DNA from: Treponema sp.
GTDB lineage: Bacteria > Spirochaetota > Spirochaetia > Treponematales > Breznakiellaceae
NCBI GenBank assembly: GCA_031279205.1
Contig: JAITIX010000100.1
Coordinates: 1 to 59,143, forward strand
Direction of reading: 5' to 3'
Length of the DNA: 59,143 nucleotides
Shown: positions 35,937-44,059 of the stretch, piece by piece
Numbering within the stretch: the first letter of the stretch is position 1
How the letters are laid out: each line of letters opens with the position of its first letter
Position numbers and translations under genes: made by a program
Notes under the pieces: generated by a model
What the model was told of the DNA's origin: nothing
Database searches by the model: none
Seen by the model: only the letters and a program-made list of their open reading frames with translations

Positions 35937-36341
35937 TCAAACGGCTGGCTCAAGGAGTTCCTCAAGCTGTTTACGTTTATCGGGCGGGATGGGAACGGTT
36001 TCTTTTTTCATGAAGTCGTAGTACACGATGACCGCGTGTCCTTTTACGCAAAGACGGCCTTCCTGCCAGGCTTCGTGGTAGAGGGTGAAGGACTTTGTAC
36101 CGATGTGGCTGATGGTGGTGCGGATTTCCACGTCAGCCCGGAAAAAAAGCTCGCCCACAAAGTCAAAGTCCGTGTGAGCCATGATGAGGGGCCAGGTTTC
36201 GTGGCGGATTTCAAGGTCTGGCGAGAATATCCTGAACAGGGGATTACGCGCCTGCTCAAACCAGATGGCGATGACAGTGTTGTTAATATGCCCCAGACCA
36301 TCCACGTCGCCAAAACGGGGGCTTACAGTTGTGGTAAACAT
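35937..36341 (-). CDS. 4HBT/YbgC-type acyl-CoA thioesterase (hotdog fold)
   Basis: 134 aa. VSPRFGDVDGLGHINNTVIAIWFEQAR... is a typical hotdog thioesterase N-terminus. Confidence 0.7.
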   Translation of the reverse strand: MFTTTVSPRFGDVDGLGHINNTVIAIWFEQARNPLFRIFSPDLEIRHETWPLIMAHTDFDFVGELFFRADVEIRTTISHIGTKSFTLYHEAWQEGRLCVKGHAVIVYYDFMKKETVPIPPDKRKQLEELLEPAV

Positions 36342-36344
36342 GTT

Positions 36345-36869
36345 TCAATAACGCTCCGCCGCATATTCGACCCAGCCGCCAGCCATAACCAGAGCGCGGT
36401 CAAAGTCTTTTAGCACAAAAGAAACTTTCTTCTCCGTATGAGCAGTCCTAAAGGTGAGCGCGGCTTCAGTAACGTTCACCTCAAGCGTGGTATCTTTGCC
36501 CGCAAACTCCGTGAACAGCGCGTCAAGTTCCGCAGCCGGAAGCTCGGCGGCGATCAGGCCGCAGTTGTACATGTTCTGCCGGAAGATGCGGGCAAAACTT
36601 TCGGCAAGCACCACCGTGATGCCATTCATCTCAAGCGCCCAGGGTGCGTGTTCGCGGGAACTGCCACAACCAAAATTGGCACGGGTAACTACAGCGCGTT
36701 TACCCGCAAGGTCTTTCTTGGGATTAAAGCCAGGCAGCTTCAGGTCTTCAAGAAGATAGGGGGTTAAGGCCTCGCGGGTGTTCTCCGTGAGGTACTTTGC
36801 TGGTATGATTTCGTCAGTGTTAATATCGTTTCGGTCTAAAAACAGAACCGCGCCGCCAAATGTTTTCAT
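36345..36869 (-). CDS. leuD: 3-isopropylmalate dehydratase-type small subunit (aconitase swivel domain)
   Basis: 174 aa with NTDEIIPAKYL and ANFGCGSSREHAPWAL. Confidence 0.75.
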   Translation of the reverse strand: MKTFGGAVLFLDRNDINTDEIIPAKYLTENTREALTPYLLEDLKLPGFNPKKDLAGKRAVVTRANFGCGSSREHAPWALEMNGITVVLAESFARIFRQNMYNCGLIAAELPAAELDALFTEFAGKDTTLEVNVTEAALTFRTAHTEKKVSFVLKDFDRALVMAGGWVEYAAERY

Positions 36870-36885
36870 GTTTCTTCCTTAATTA

Positions 36886-38178
36886 TTACAAGTTTTCTGG
36901 ACTCACGATGCTCCCCGCGATGGCTGTGGCTGCCGCTGAAACAGGACTCATCAGGTGAACCATACCGCCCTTGCCCATGCGCCCGTAAAAGTTACGGTTC
37001 GTGGTGGAGGCACAGACTTCGCCCTCGGCAAGCACGCCGTTGGACATACCCAGACACGCGCCGCAGGTGGGGTTTGTTACGCAGAAACCAGCGTCAAGGA
37101 ACACGGCAATGAGACCCTCTTTCAGCGCCTGAACGTATACCTCCGTTGTGGCCGGAGACACAATGCCGCGAACCGAGCCGGCGATTCTTCTTCCCTCTAA
37201 CACCGCCGCCACCTCACGCAGGTCTTCAATGCGCCCGTTAGTGCAGGAGCCGATGTAGACTTGGTCTACCCTTACGCCCCGCAGTTCGCGGATTGGCCTC
37301 ACCTGATCTGGCTTGTAACCCACGGTCGCACACGGCTCAAGACTGTCGCAATCAATATCAACCGTGGCGGCGTAGACCGCGTCGTCGTCGCTGCGCCACG
37401 TGGCAAAATCAGCAAGCGCCGCTTCTTTCGTGGCGTAAGAGCCATCACCATCAGGGCCAATGAAGCGCCACAGATAGTCCAGCGTGGTTTTGTCAGGCAT
37501 ACATAAGCCAGACGTCGCACCCGCCTCAACCGCCATGTTACAGAGGGTCATACGGCCTTCCATACTCATGCGCTCAACAACCGTGCCGCGAAACTCGATC
37601 ACCTTGCCAGTGGCGCCCGCAACACCAATCGTGGCAATCACTTTGAGGATCACGTCTTTGGCAAAAACACCACGCCGCAACGCGCCATTCAGATTGATCC
37701 TCAGCGTCTCCGGCTGTTTGAAAACGCAGACGCCCTTGAGAATGCCCACTTCAAGATCAGTCGTCCCAATGCCTGCCGCAAACGCCCCAAACGCGCCGTA
37801 CGTACAGGTGTGGCTATCCCCCATAACCGCGGTATACCCAGGACGCACAAAACCCTTTTCAGAGAAGAGCGCGTGGCAAACCCCATTCCGGCCTATGTCA
37901 AAAAAGTCCTTGATACAATGCCGTGCAGCCCAGTCGCGCAAAATCTTACCCTGTTCCGCGGTTTTAGAATCCTTTGCCGGACTCACATGATCAATAACCA
38001 CCTTTATCTTGTCCGCGTCAAAAACCTGATCCAGATTCTTGCTGATAAGATCGTTAATAGCAATCGGCGTTGTAATCTCGTGGCAAAACACCTGATCCAG
38101 ACGGAGTACCCAGGTCTCGCCAAAAGGCCGGTCTACCACATGCGCGTCAAAAATCTTAGCCGCCGCTGTTTTTCCCAT
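36886..38178 (-). CDS. leuC: 3-isopropylmalate dehydratase-type large subunit (aconitase family)
   Basis: It starts at MGKTAAAKIFDAH (ATG 38178). It has VMGDSHTCTYGAFGAFA and CTNGR, plus the Cys ligands (GSCTNG, PTCGACLG). Confidence 0.75.
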   Translation of the reverse strand: MGKTAAAKIFDAHVVDRPFGETWVLRLDQVFCHEITTPIAINDLISKNLDQVFDADKIKVVIDHVSPAKDSKTAEQGKILRDWAARHCIKDFFDIGRNGVCHALFSEKGFVRPGYTAVMGDSHTCTYGAFGAFAAGIGTTDLEVGILKGVCVFKQPETLRINLNGALRRGVFAKDVILKVIATIGVAGATGKVIEFRGTVVERMSMEGRMTLCNMAVEAGATSGLCMPDKTTLDYLWRFIGPDGDGSYATKEAALADFATWRSDDDAVYAATVDIDCDSLEPCATVGYKPDQVRPIRELRGVRVDQVYIGSCTNGRIEDLREVAAVLEGRRIAGSVRGIVSPATTEVYVQALKEGLIAVFLDAGFCVTNPTCGACLGMSNGVLAEGEVCASTTNRNFYGRMGKGGMVHLMSPVSAAATAIAGSIVSPENL

Positions 38179-38189
38179 ACTACCTCCGC

Positions 38190-38504
38190 TTAAAGCGCGC
38201 TGAAGTTTGCGTTTATAGCGCACGTATCCTTCCTTAGCTGCGCTGAAGTTGTTTTAGCATAGTTAAAGAAACGCCTAGGCGTCAAGACTCTGGACATACT
38301 ATGGCTTCCGAATTCAGGGAAGATAAGCTCTCTAGGGTTATTTTGTATGCATTCTATGAGCGTCAAATAATTCCCGCTGCCAGGTAAACATACCGCCCCT
38401 TTTAAAGGAAGCTGCTTCAACCAGAGCGGCTGCGCGTTCAAGGAAAGCAGGGAAATAATGAAAATCAAGATAAAAACAACCGTCAACCTTTTATGCGGCC
38501 TCAT
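38190..38504 (-). CDS. Small hypothetical protein with a signal-like N-terminus
   Basis: MRPHKRLTVVFILIFIISLLSLNAQP then about 75 aa with no homology recognised. The coding status is uncertain. Confidence 0.3.
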   Translation of the reverse strand: MRPHKRLTVVFILIFIISLLSLNAQPLWLKQLPLKGAVCLPGSGNYLTLIECIQNNPRELIFPEFGSHSMSRVLTPRRFFNYAKTTSAQLRKDTCAINANFSAL

Positions 38505-38643
38505 TGGTAGATACTCCTTCCCCTTAATCATTGCCATTATATAAATCCTTCTCTGTTTATTCCCCCAACGCCAGCGTTGCCAACGCACCCTTGGTTATGG
38601 ACAACGCTCCCTCCGTTCTGTCCACCGTATGACTCATTCCATC

Positions 38644-38877
38644 GCTCAGGTAGGTCCCTCTGTGGCGGAGGTAGGTCCCTCCACGGCTCAGGTAGGTCCC
38701 TCTGTGGCGGAGGTAGGTCCCTCCGCGGCTCAGGTAGGTCCCTCTGTGGCGGAGGTAGGTCCCTCCATCGCTCAGGTAGGTCCCTCCACGGCTCAGGTAG
38801 GTCCCTCCACGGCTCAGGTAGGTCCCTCCATCGCTCAGGTAGGTCCCTCCACGGCGGAGGTAGGTCCCTCTGCGGCT
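38644..38877. repeat. Tandem array 2: 21-bp unit, about 11 copies, two interleaved unit types
   Basis: Units read GCTCAGGTAGGTCCCTC(T/C)(G/A)(T/C)(G/C) and GCGGAGGTAGGTCCCTC.... They alternate at first, then run as the GCTCAGG type. There are no spacers. Confidence 0.95.
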
Positions 38878-39171
38878 ATTGAATCAAGCGCAGGGAGTCA
38901 GATGCAGAGCGCCATGAGCGGGCTGCTGAACTGGCGAAACTCCTTAACAAGCGCCGCCTGCCTTCCGATTCCCAAAGCTATCACATTAGGTTTCTTCAAA
39001 AGCGTTGTTTACCGAAGCGGCGCGTCAAACAGCCGCTGAACATGGCATACATTGCGTGGCTCTGGACAAATCGCTTCAATAAGCAAACTCAACCGCGTCT
39101 GCCATTGACAACCGCCTATAAAGTACTCATTGTTCCGATAGTCATACATGAAAGGGGGTTGAGAGAACAAA

Positions 39172-40296
39172 TTGAATGGGAGCGATGTGGTCATCGAAGA
39201 AGTGTCAAAAACCTTCGGCGACTTTCAGGCTTTGAATAGTGTTGGCCTTGAGATACATGGAGGGGAGTTTTTTTCTCTGCTTGGGCCTTCAGGATGCGGT
39301 AAGACGACCTTGTTACGCATCATTGCCGGGTTTGAGACACCGGATAGAGGAAGTGTCTGCATTGAGGGAAGCGATGTTTTGCGTTTGCCGCCTAACCGTA
39401 GGCAGGTGAACACGGTCTTTCAGAACTACGCGTTGTTTCCCCACCTTTCGGTGTTTGAAAACGTTGCGTTTTCCCTGCGACTCAAGCGCCGGAGCGCGAC
39501 TTTGATAAACAGCAAGGTGAGTGAATACTTACAGCTTGTGCAGCTTGAGGGACATCGGGACAAAAAGCCTGCCCAGCTCTCCGGCGGGCAGAAACAACGG
39601 GTGGCTATCGCCCGCGCACTCATCAACGAGCCGCGGGTCCTGCTGCTTGACGAGCCGCTTTCAGCACTGGATGCCAAGCTCCGTCAGCACATGCTCATCG
39701 AGCTTGACCAGATTCACGACAAAATCGGCATCACCTTCATCTACGTTACCCATGATCAGCAGGAGGCGCTTTCAGTGTCTGACCGCATCGCCGTGATGAA
39801 TCAGGGTAATGTGCTTCAGGTAGGCACACCGCACGAGATTTACGAGAGTCCGGGAACAGACTTTGTGGCGCGTTTCATTGGCGATACCAACCTCTTTGAC
39901 GGCAAAGTGGTTTCAGTCCGGCGCATGGATAAGGAGTCGCTTGAGTATATGCTGGAGCTTGAAATCCCTAACATGGGACGTATCAAAGTAACCACTGTTG
40001 ATGAAGTGCGGGTGGGGCAGACGGTGAGCTTCACCGTGAGACCGGAGAAGATCATCATTGCCAAGGAGAAGTCGGCCACCAAACGGGAAGACATAAACCA
40101 CTTCCAGGGCATTGTTGACGAGCCGATCTATTCTGGCTTTCAGACTAAGTTCTACGTCAAAATCGGCGACAGCCTGATACGGGTTATGAAACAACACGCC
40201 AACTACTCGGACGAAGGCCCGGAGATAGTGTGGAAGGACAAGGTCTACCTTTCGTGGAGCGCCAACGATGGCTATGTCGTGGAGGTGAAGTCATGA
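39172..40296 (+). CDS. potA: Spermidine/putrescine-type ABC transporter ATPase (PotA family)
   Basis: It has Walker A GPSGCGKTT, the signature LSGGQKQR, Walker B LLLDEPLSALD and a C-terminal TOBE-like domain. The start is uncertain (TTG 39172 or GTG 39187). Confidence 0.85.
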   Translation: MNGSDVVIEEVSKTFGDFQALNSVGLEIHGGEFFSLLGPSGCGKTTLLRIIAGFETPDRGSVCIEGSDVLRLPPNRRQVNTVFQNYALFPHLSVFENVAFSLRLKRRSATLINSKVSEYLQLVQLEGHRDKKPAQLSGGQKQRVAIARALINEPRVLLLDEPLSALDAKLRQHMLIELDQIHDKIGITFIYVTHDQQEALSVSDRIAVMNQGNVLQVGTPHEIYESPGTDFVARFIGDTNLFDGKVVSVRRMDKESLEYMLELEIPNMGRIKVTTVDEVRVGQTVSFTVRPEKIIIAKEKSATKREDINHFQGIVDEPIYSGFQTKFYVKIGDSLIRVMKQHANYSDEGPEIVWKDKVYLSWSANDGYVVEVKS

Positions 40297-41162
40297 GCGT
40301 GGTGAAGCGCAACTATGGGCCGCTGTACTCAGCACCGATGGCGGTCTGGTTCACCGCGTTCTTTCTGGCGCCTATCATCATCATCGTCATCTACAGTTTC
40401 CTGAAAAAAGGACTGCATGGCGGCGTGGTCTGGCAGTTCTCGCTCGACGCCTACCGAAGCCTGAGCAACCGGAGCTTCATGATCATCACAGTCCGCACCA
40501 TTGTTACCTCGCTTATAGCCACGCTCATCACCCTGCTTATCGCCCTACCCTGCGGCTACTTCATGGCAAAAAGCAAAAACCAAACCTTTCTCCTTTTACT
40601 CATCATCATCCCCTTCTGGACGAACTTTCTCATCCGCGTGTTCGCGTGGATGAACATTCTGGGTAACAACGGCTTCTTAAACGAGTTCCTCATGCGCACA
40701 GGCTTTATTAAAGACTACATCCATTTCCTGTATAACCAGAACTCGGTTATTCTGGTGCTGGTCTACATGTACCTGCCCTACGCGATACTGCCGCTGTTTT
40801 CTACCATAGATAAGTTCGATTTCTCCTTGCTTGAGGCCGCGCGTGATCTGGGCGCGACCAAGCTGCTGTCCATCGTGATGGTGCTGCTTCCCAACATTAA
40901 AAGCGGTATCTACACAGCGATGCTATTCACCTTCATCCCCATTTTCGGGGCTTACGCGGTGCCGCTCCTTGTGGGCGGCATGGATGCCTATATGCTGGGG
41001 AACGTTATCGCCGACCAGCTCACCAAAAGCCGTAACTGGCCGCTTGCCGCAGCCATCTCCATGGTGCTTACAGTGGTAACCACCATTGGCGTAATAGTGA
41101 TGATGAACCTGCAGCGCAGGGACACAAAGCGCCTGACCGAATCGGCAAGGAGGGTGGCATGA
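40293..41162 (+). CDS. potB: Polyamine-type ABC transporter permease (PotB-like)
   Basis: ATG 40293 overlaps the potA stop (ATGA). It has 6 TM segments and the EAA-like motif LLEAARDLGATK. Confidence 0.8.
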   Translation: MSVVKRNYGPLYSAPMAVWFTAFFLAPIIIIVIYSFLKKGLHGGVVWQFSLDAYRSLSNRSFMIITVRTIVTSLIATLITLLIALPCGYFMAKSKNQTFLLLLIIIPFWTNFLIRVFAWMNILGNNGFLNEFLMRTGFIKDYIHFLYNQNSVILVLVYMYLPYAILPLFSTIDKFDFSLLEAARDLGATKLLSIVMVLLPNIKSGIYTAMLFTFIPIFGAYAVPLLVGGMDAYMLGNVIADQLTKSRNWPLAAAISMVLTVVTTIGVIVMMNLQRRDTKRLTESARRVA

Positions 41163-42028
41163 ACATCAGAACCATTGTTCACGGCATCATCACCTCGCTT
41201 CGCCCTAACGTTTTGCAGAGCGAGGCTGGCAGACATGCGCGGCGCTCCATGCGCAAACAGTTTTCCTTTTCCGAGATGATCTTCATCGCCGTCATCGTAT
41301 TCCTGTTTCTGCCGCTCCTTGTCCTGATTATCTATTCGTTTAACGAAAGCAAGGGCATGAACTGGACCAGGTTTTCGCTGATCTGGTATGAACAGCTTTT
41401 CTTTCACTCGCGAGACCTGTGGCGCTCGTTTTGGAACAGCGCTTTTATCGCGCTCAGTTCCGCCGGAACCGCCACGGTGATTGGCGCCTTTGGCGCTATT
41501 GGGGTGAACTGGTATCGCTTCCGCCTGCGTAACTATGTGCAGACGATTTCGTTTCTGCCCATGATACTGCCGGAAATCATCATTGGCGTATCGCTCTCCA
41601 TTTTTTTTGCGGGGATCAAGCTGCAACTCGGGTTGCTCACGATCTTCATCGCGCACACCACGTTTAACCTGCCCTTTGTCTTCCTCATGGTTATGGCGCG
41701 CCTTGACGAGTTCGACTTCTCAATCATCGAAGCAGCCCATGACCTGGGGGCAAATGAGTGGCAGACCCTTTTGCGGGTAACAGTTCCCATTTGTATGCCT
41801 GGCATTGTGTCTGGCTTTCTCACGGCGGTTACGATCAGCCTTGAGGACTTTGTTATTACCTATTTTGTCGCCGGCCCCGGCTCCTCAACTCTGCCTATCT
41901 ACATCTATTCTGCCATACGCTTCGGCGTTTCGCCGGTAATAAACGCTCTTTCGGTAGTGATGGTTCTTGGCACGGTGTTTCTGACGTATCTGCTGCGCAA
42001 CTTCCTGAAATACATCGCCGCGAAGTGA
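41159..42028 (+). CDS. potC: Polyamine-type ABC transporter permease (PotC-like)
   Basis: It overlaps the potB stop by 4 nt and carries the EAA-like motif IIEAAHDLGANE. Confidence 0.8.
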   Translation: MNIRTIVHGIITSLRPNVLQSEAGRHARRSMRKQFSFSEMIFIAVIVFLFLPLLVLIIYSFNESKGMNWTRFSLIWYEQLFFHSRDLWRSFWNSAFIALSSAGTATVIGAFGAIGVNWYRFRLRNYVQTISFLPMILPEIIIGVSLSIFFAGIKLQLGLLTIFIAHTTFNLPFVFLMVMARLDEFDFSIIEAAHDLGANEWQTLLRVTVPICMPGIVSGFLTAVTISLEDFVITYFVAGPGSSTLPIYIYSAIRFGVSPVINALSVVMVLGTVFLTYLLRNFLKYIAAK

Positions 42029-42183
42029 GTGTTAGGGCGCCAGAGCCGCAGGTGTCAGCCACTGGCGCCAGACATGGGTGTCAGAGACGTTGGTATCAGA
42101 GACGCTGGCGCCAGACGTGGGCGTCCGTCGCACAGAGAAGTGATAGCGCGATGAACCAGCCTCTGCATCAAAGCGGCTAAAGC

Positions 42184-42426
42184 TAATGAGGCGCTCATTA
42201 CCATTAATAAGGCGCTCCCTACCATTAATGAGGCGCTCATTACCATTAATGAGGCGCTCATTACCATTAATGAGGCGCTCATTACCATTAATGAGGCGCT
42301 CATTACCATTAATAAGGCGCTCATTACCATTAATAAGGCGCTCATTACCATTAATGAGGCGCTCATTACCATTAATGAGGCGCTCATTACCATTAATGAG
42401 GCGCTCCCTACCATTAATGAGGCGCT
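42184..42426. repeat. Tandem array 3: 21-bp unit, about 11.6 copies; each unit contains a 7-bp-arm palindrome
   Basis: The unit is TAATGAGGCGCTCATTACCAT, i.e. TAATGAG-gcg-CTCATTA plus CCAT. Variants are TAATAAG... (3 copies) and ...CTCCCTA (2 copies). Confidence 0.95.
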
Positions 42427-42547
42427 TTGCTGACTTAGAATCTGATTAAATTGAGAAACGGCCGGCGTCTTAACACCCCCTGGCGGCGTCGGCAACAAGA
42501 AGGGCGAGATAAAGGATACATCTTGCTTATCCCTTATCTCCTTACCC

Positions 42548-42832
42548 TTAGTCCGTAAGCACAACAGAGCAGCGCGCCGAGAGAACTTCACCAGCGGTGG
42601 TAACAATACCAACAGTTCGTAGATGCGGTGCGTCTTTGTGTTTGCCGCCAAAGTATAGGTGGCTGAAGTTGCGCCGGGTATTTCCGTGTTGTCCCATCTG
42701 AAGGTATATTCCCCGATGATAACGAATCACGCCGGCTATGATGCCAAGTTCATCATGCTGAAGAGCCATTGGGGTGGCTGGGTCAGGCTCGTTGACCGAA
42801 ACGTTTGGGTAGATTGACACGTATTCGACCAT
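42548..42832 (-). CDS. Orphan 94-aa ORF, function unknown (possibly a gene fragment)
   Basis: It is the only ORF between array 3 and the sugar ABC operon. I found no recognisable motif or clear RBS. Confidence 0.25.
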   Translation of the reverse strand: MVEYVSIYPNVSVNEPDPATPMALQHDELGIIAGVIRYHRGIYLQMGQHGNTRRNFSHLYFGGKHKDAPHLRTVGIVTTAGEVLSARCSVVLTD

Positions 42833-42841
42833 TCGCGGATT

Positions 42842-44023
42842 TTATTTGCCGCTTCTTGCTTTGGAGGCCAAGTCTATGGCCACAGCTGCCAAGAGAACAA
42901 AGCCCTTGATAGCCTGTTGCCAGTCTGTGCTGACACCGATGATGGACATGCCGTTGTTGAGAACCCCCACAAAAAGCCCGCCGACAACCGCGCCGATAAT
43001 CGTCCCAACGCCGCCTGAGACCGCCGAACCACCCACATAGCAGGCGGCGATGGCGTCCATCTCGAAGTTCTGTCCCGCCTTTGGAGTGGCCGAGTTGAGC
43101 CGGGCGGTGAACACGATGGCCGCCACTGCCGCTAGGATTGCCATGTTGGTGTATATCCAGAACATGACCCACTCGGTCTTGATGCCCGACAGCTTCGCCG
43201 CCTTTTTGTTGCCGCCCAGCGCGTAGATGTGGCGCCCCTGTACTGTCTGTGAGGCTACGAACTGATACCCCACAATGAGAATCCCCAGGACTATCAGGAT
43301 ATTCGGGAAACCCCGGTACAAGGCAAACACAAACGTAAAGGCCATGAGTACCACAGAGATAAACAGCACTTTGGCGAGCCAGACGCCAAAGGGGGTAACG
43401 TCGAACTTGTACTCCAGTTGCTTCTTGCGTTTATGGACTTCACTTACGATGATGATCGCGGTAATTGCCAAGCCTATGATGATGGTGAGGATGTGGAGAT
43501 TCGATTCGCCTATGGCAAGGCCGCCCAGTGGATCAGGAATATAACCAGAGGCGATGAGCTGGAACTCCCGGGGGAAGGGCGCCTTTGTCTGTCCCTTCAT
43601 GATGACCTGCCCCAGGCCGCGAAACATCAGCATCCCCGCTAAGGTGGCGATGAACGGAGGAACATGTACAAAAGCGATCCAGAAGCCCTGCCATGCGCCG
43701 ATGGCCGCGCCAATCAGGAGGGCGATGAACATGGCTAAAAAGGAATTCATCCCCATATCAACTACCATCACGCCGCACAGAGCGCCTACAAAACAGACGA
43801 TGGAGCCTACCGAAAGATCAACATTACCGGTAAGGGTACAGAGCAACATCCCCACCGCGAGGATAAGCACATAGCTGTTTTGGAGTACCAGATTCGTCAG
43901 GTTCACAGGCCTGAAGAAAATACCGCCGGTCAAAATGCCGAACACTATCATGGCCAGTGCCAGCGCGATGACCATGCCGTATTGCCGCGAATTCTTCTTC
44001 ACTAGATCGACTAAGGTATTCAT
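42842..44023 (-). CDS. Sugar ABC transporter permease (GguB/XylH-like, BPD_transp_2 family)
   Basis: 393 aa and polytopic. NLVLQNSYVLILAVGMLLCTLTGNVDLSVGS is typical of monosaccharide ABC permeases. Confidence 0.8.
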   Translation of the reverse strand: MNTLVDLVKKNSRQYGMVIALALAMIVFGILTGGIFFRPVNLTNLVLQNSYVLILAVGMLLCTLTGNVDLSVGSIVCFVGALCGVMVVDMGMNSFLAMFIALLIGAAIGAWQGFWIAFVHVPPFIATLAGMLMFRGLGQVIMKGQTKAPFPREFQLIASGYIPDPLGGLAIGESNLHILTIIIGLAITAIIIVSEVHKRKKQLEYKFDVTPFGVWLAKVLFISVVLMAFTFVFALYRGFPNILIVLGILIVGYQFVASQTVQGRHIYALGGNKKAAKLSGIKTEWVMFWIYTNMAILAAVAAIVFTARLNSATPKAGQNFEMDAIAACYVGGSAVSGGVGTIIGAVVGGLFVGVLNNGMSIIGVSTDWQQAIKGFVLLAAVAIDLASKARSGK

Positions 44024-44059
44024 TGTTATCTCCTGCTACTCGTAGTTAGAGGCTTGTTA

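Noticed and set aside
38577-39039. ORFs 38577-38882 (GRSLxGxG repeats) and 38629-39039 (AQVGPSx heptads) across array 2
   Set aside because: For the same reason: two overlapping frames are open through the same repeat, the composition is repeat-driven and there is no convincing start context.
34136-42426. Possibility that the three arrays are CRISPR loci
   Set aside because: The units are directly contiguous (21-bp period) with no unique spacers, there is no leader or cas genes, and the repeat length is too short.
42055-42651. 198-aa minus-strand ORF (SASLMVM heptads) and the plus-strand ORF 42186-42449 across array 3
   Set aside because: These are repeat-driven open frames, and the non-repeat flanks show no domain, signal or RBS.
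42783-43172. 129-aa minus-strand ORF overlapping the 3' end of the sugar permease gene
   Set aside because: It is an off-frame reading of the permease gene with Arg/Gly-rich composition.
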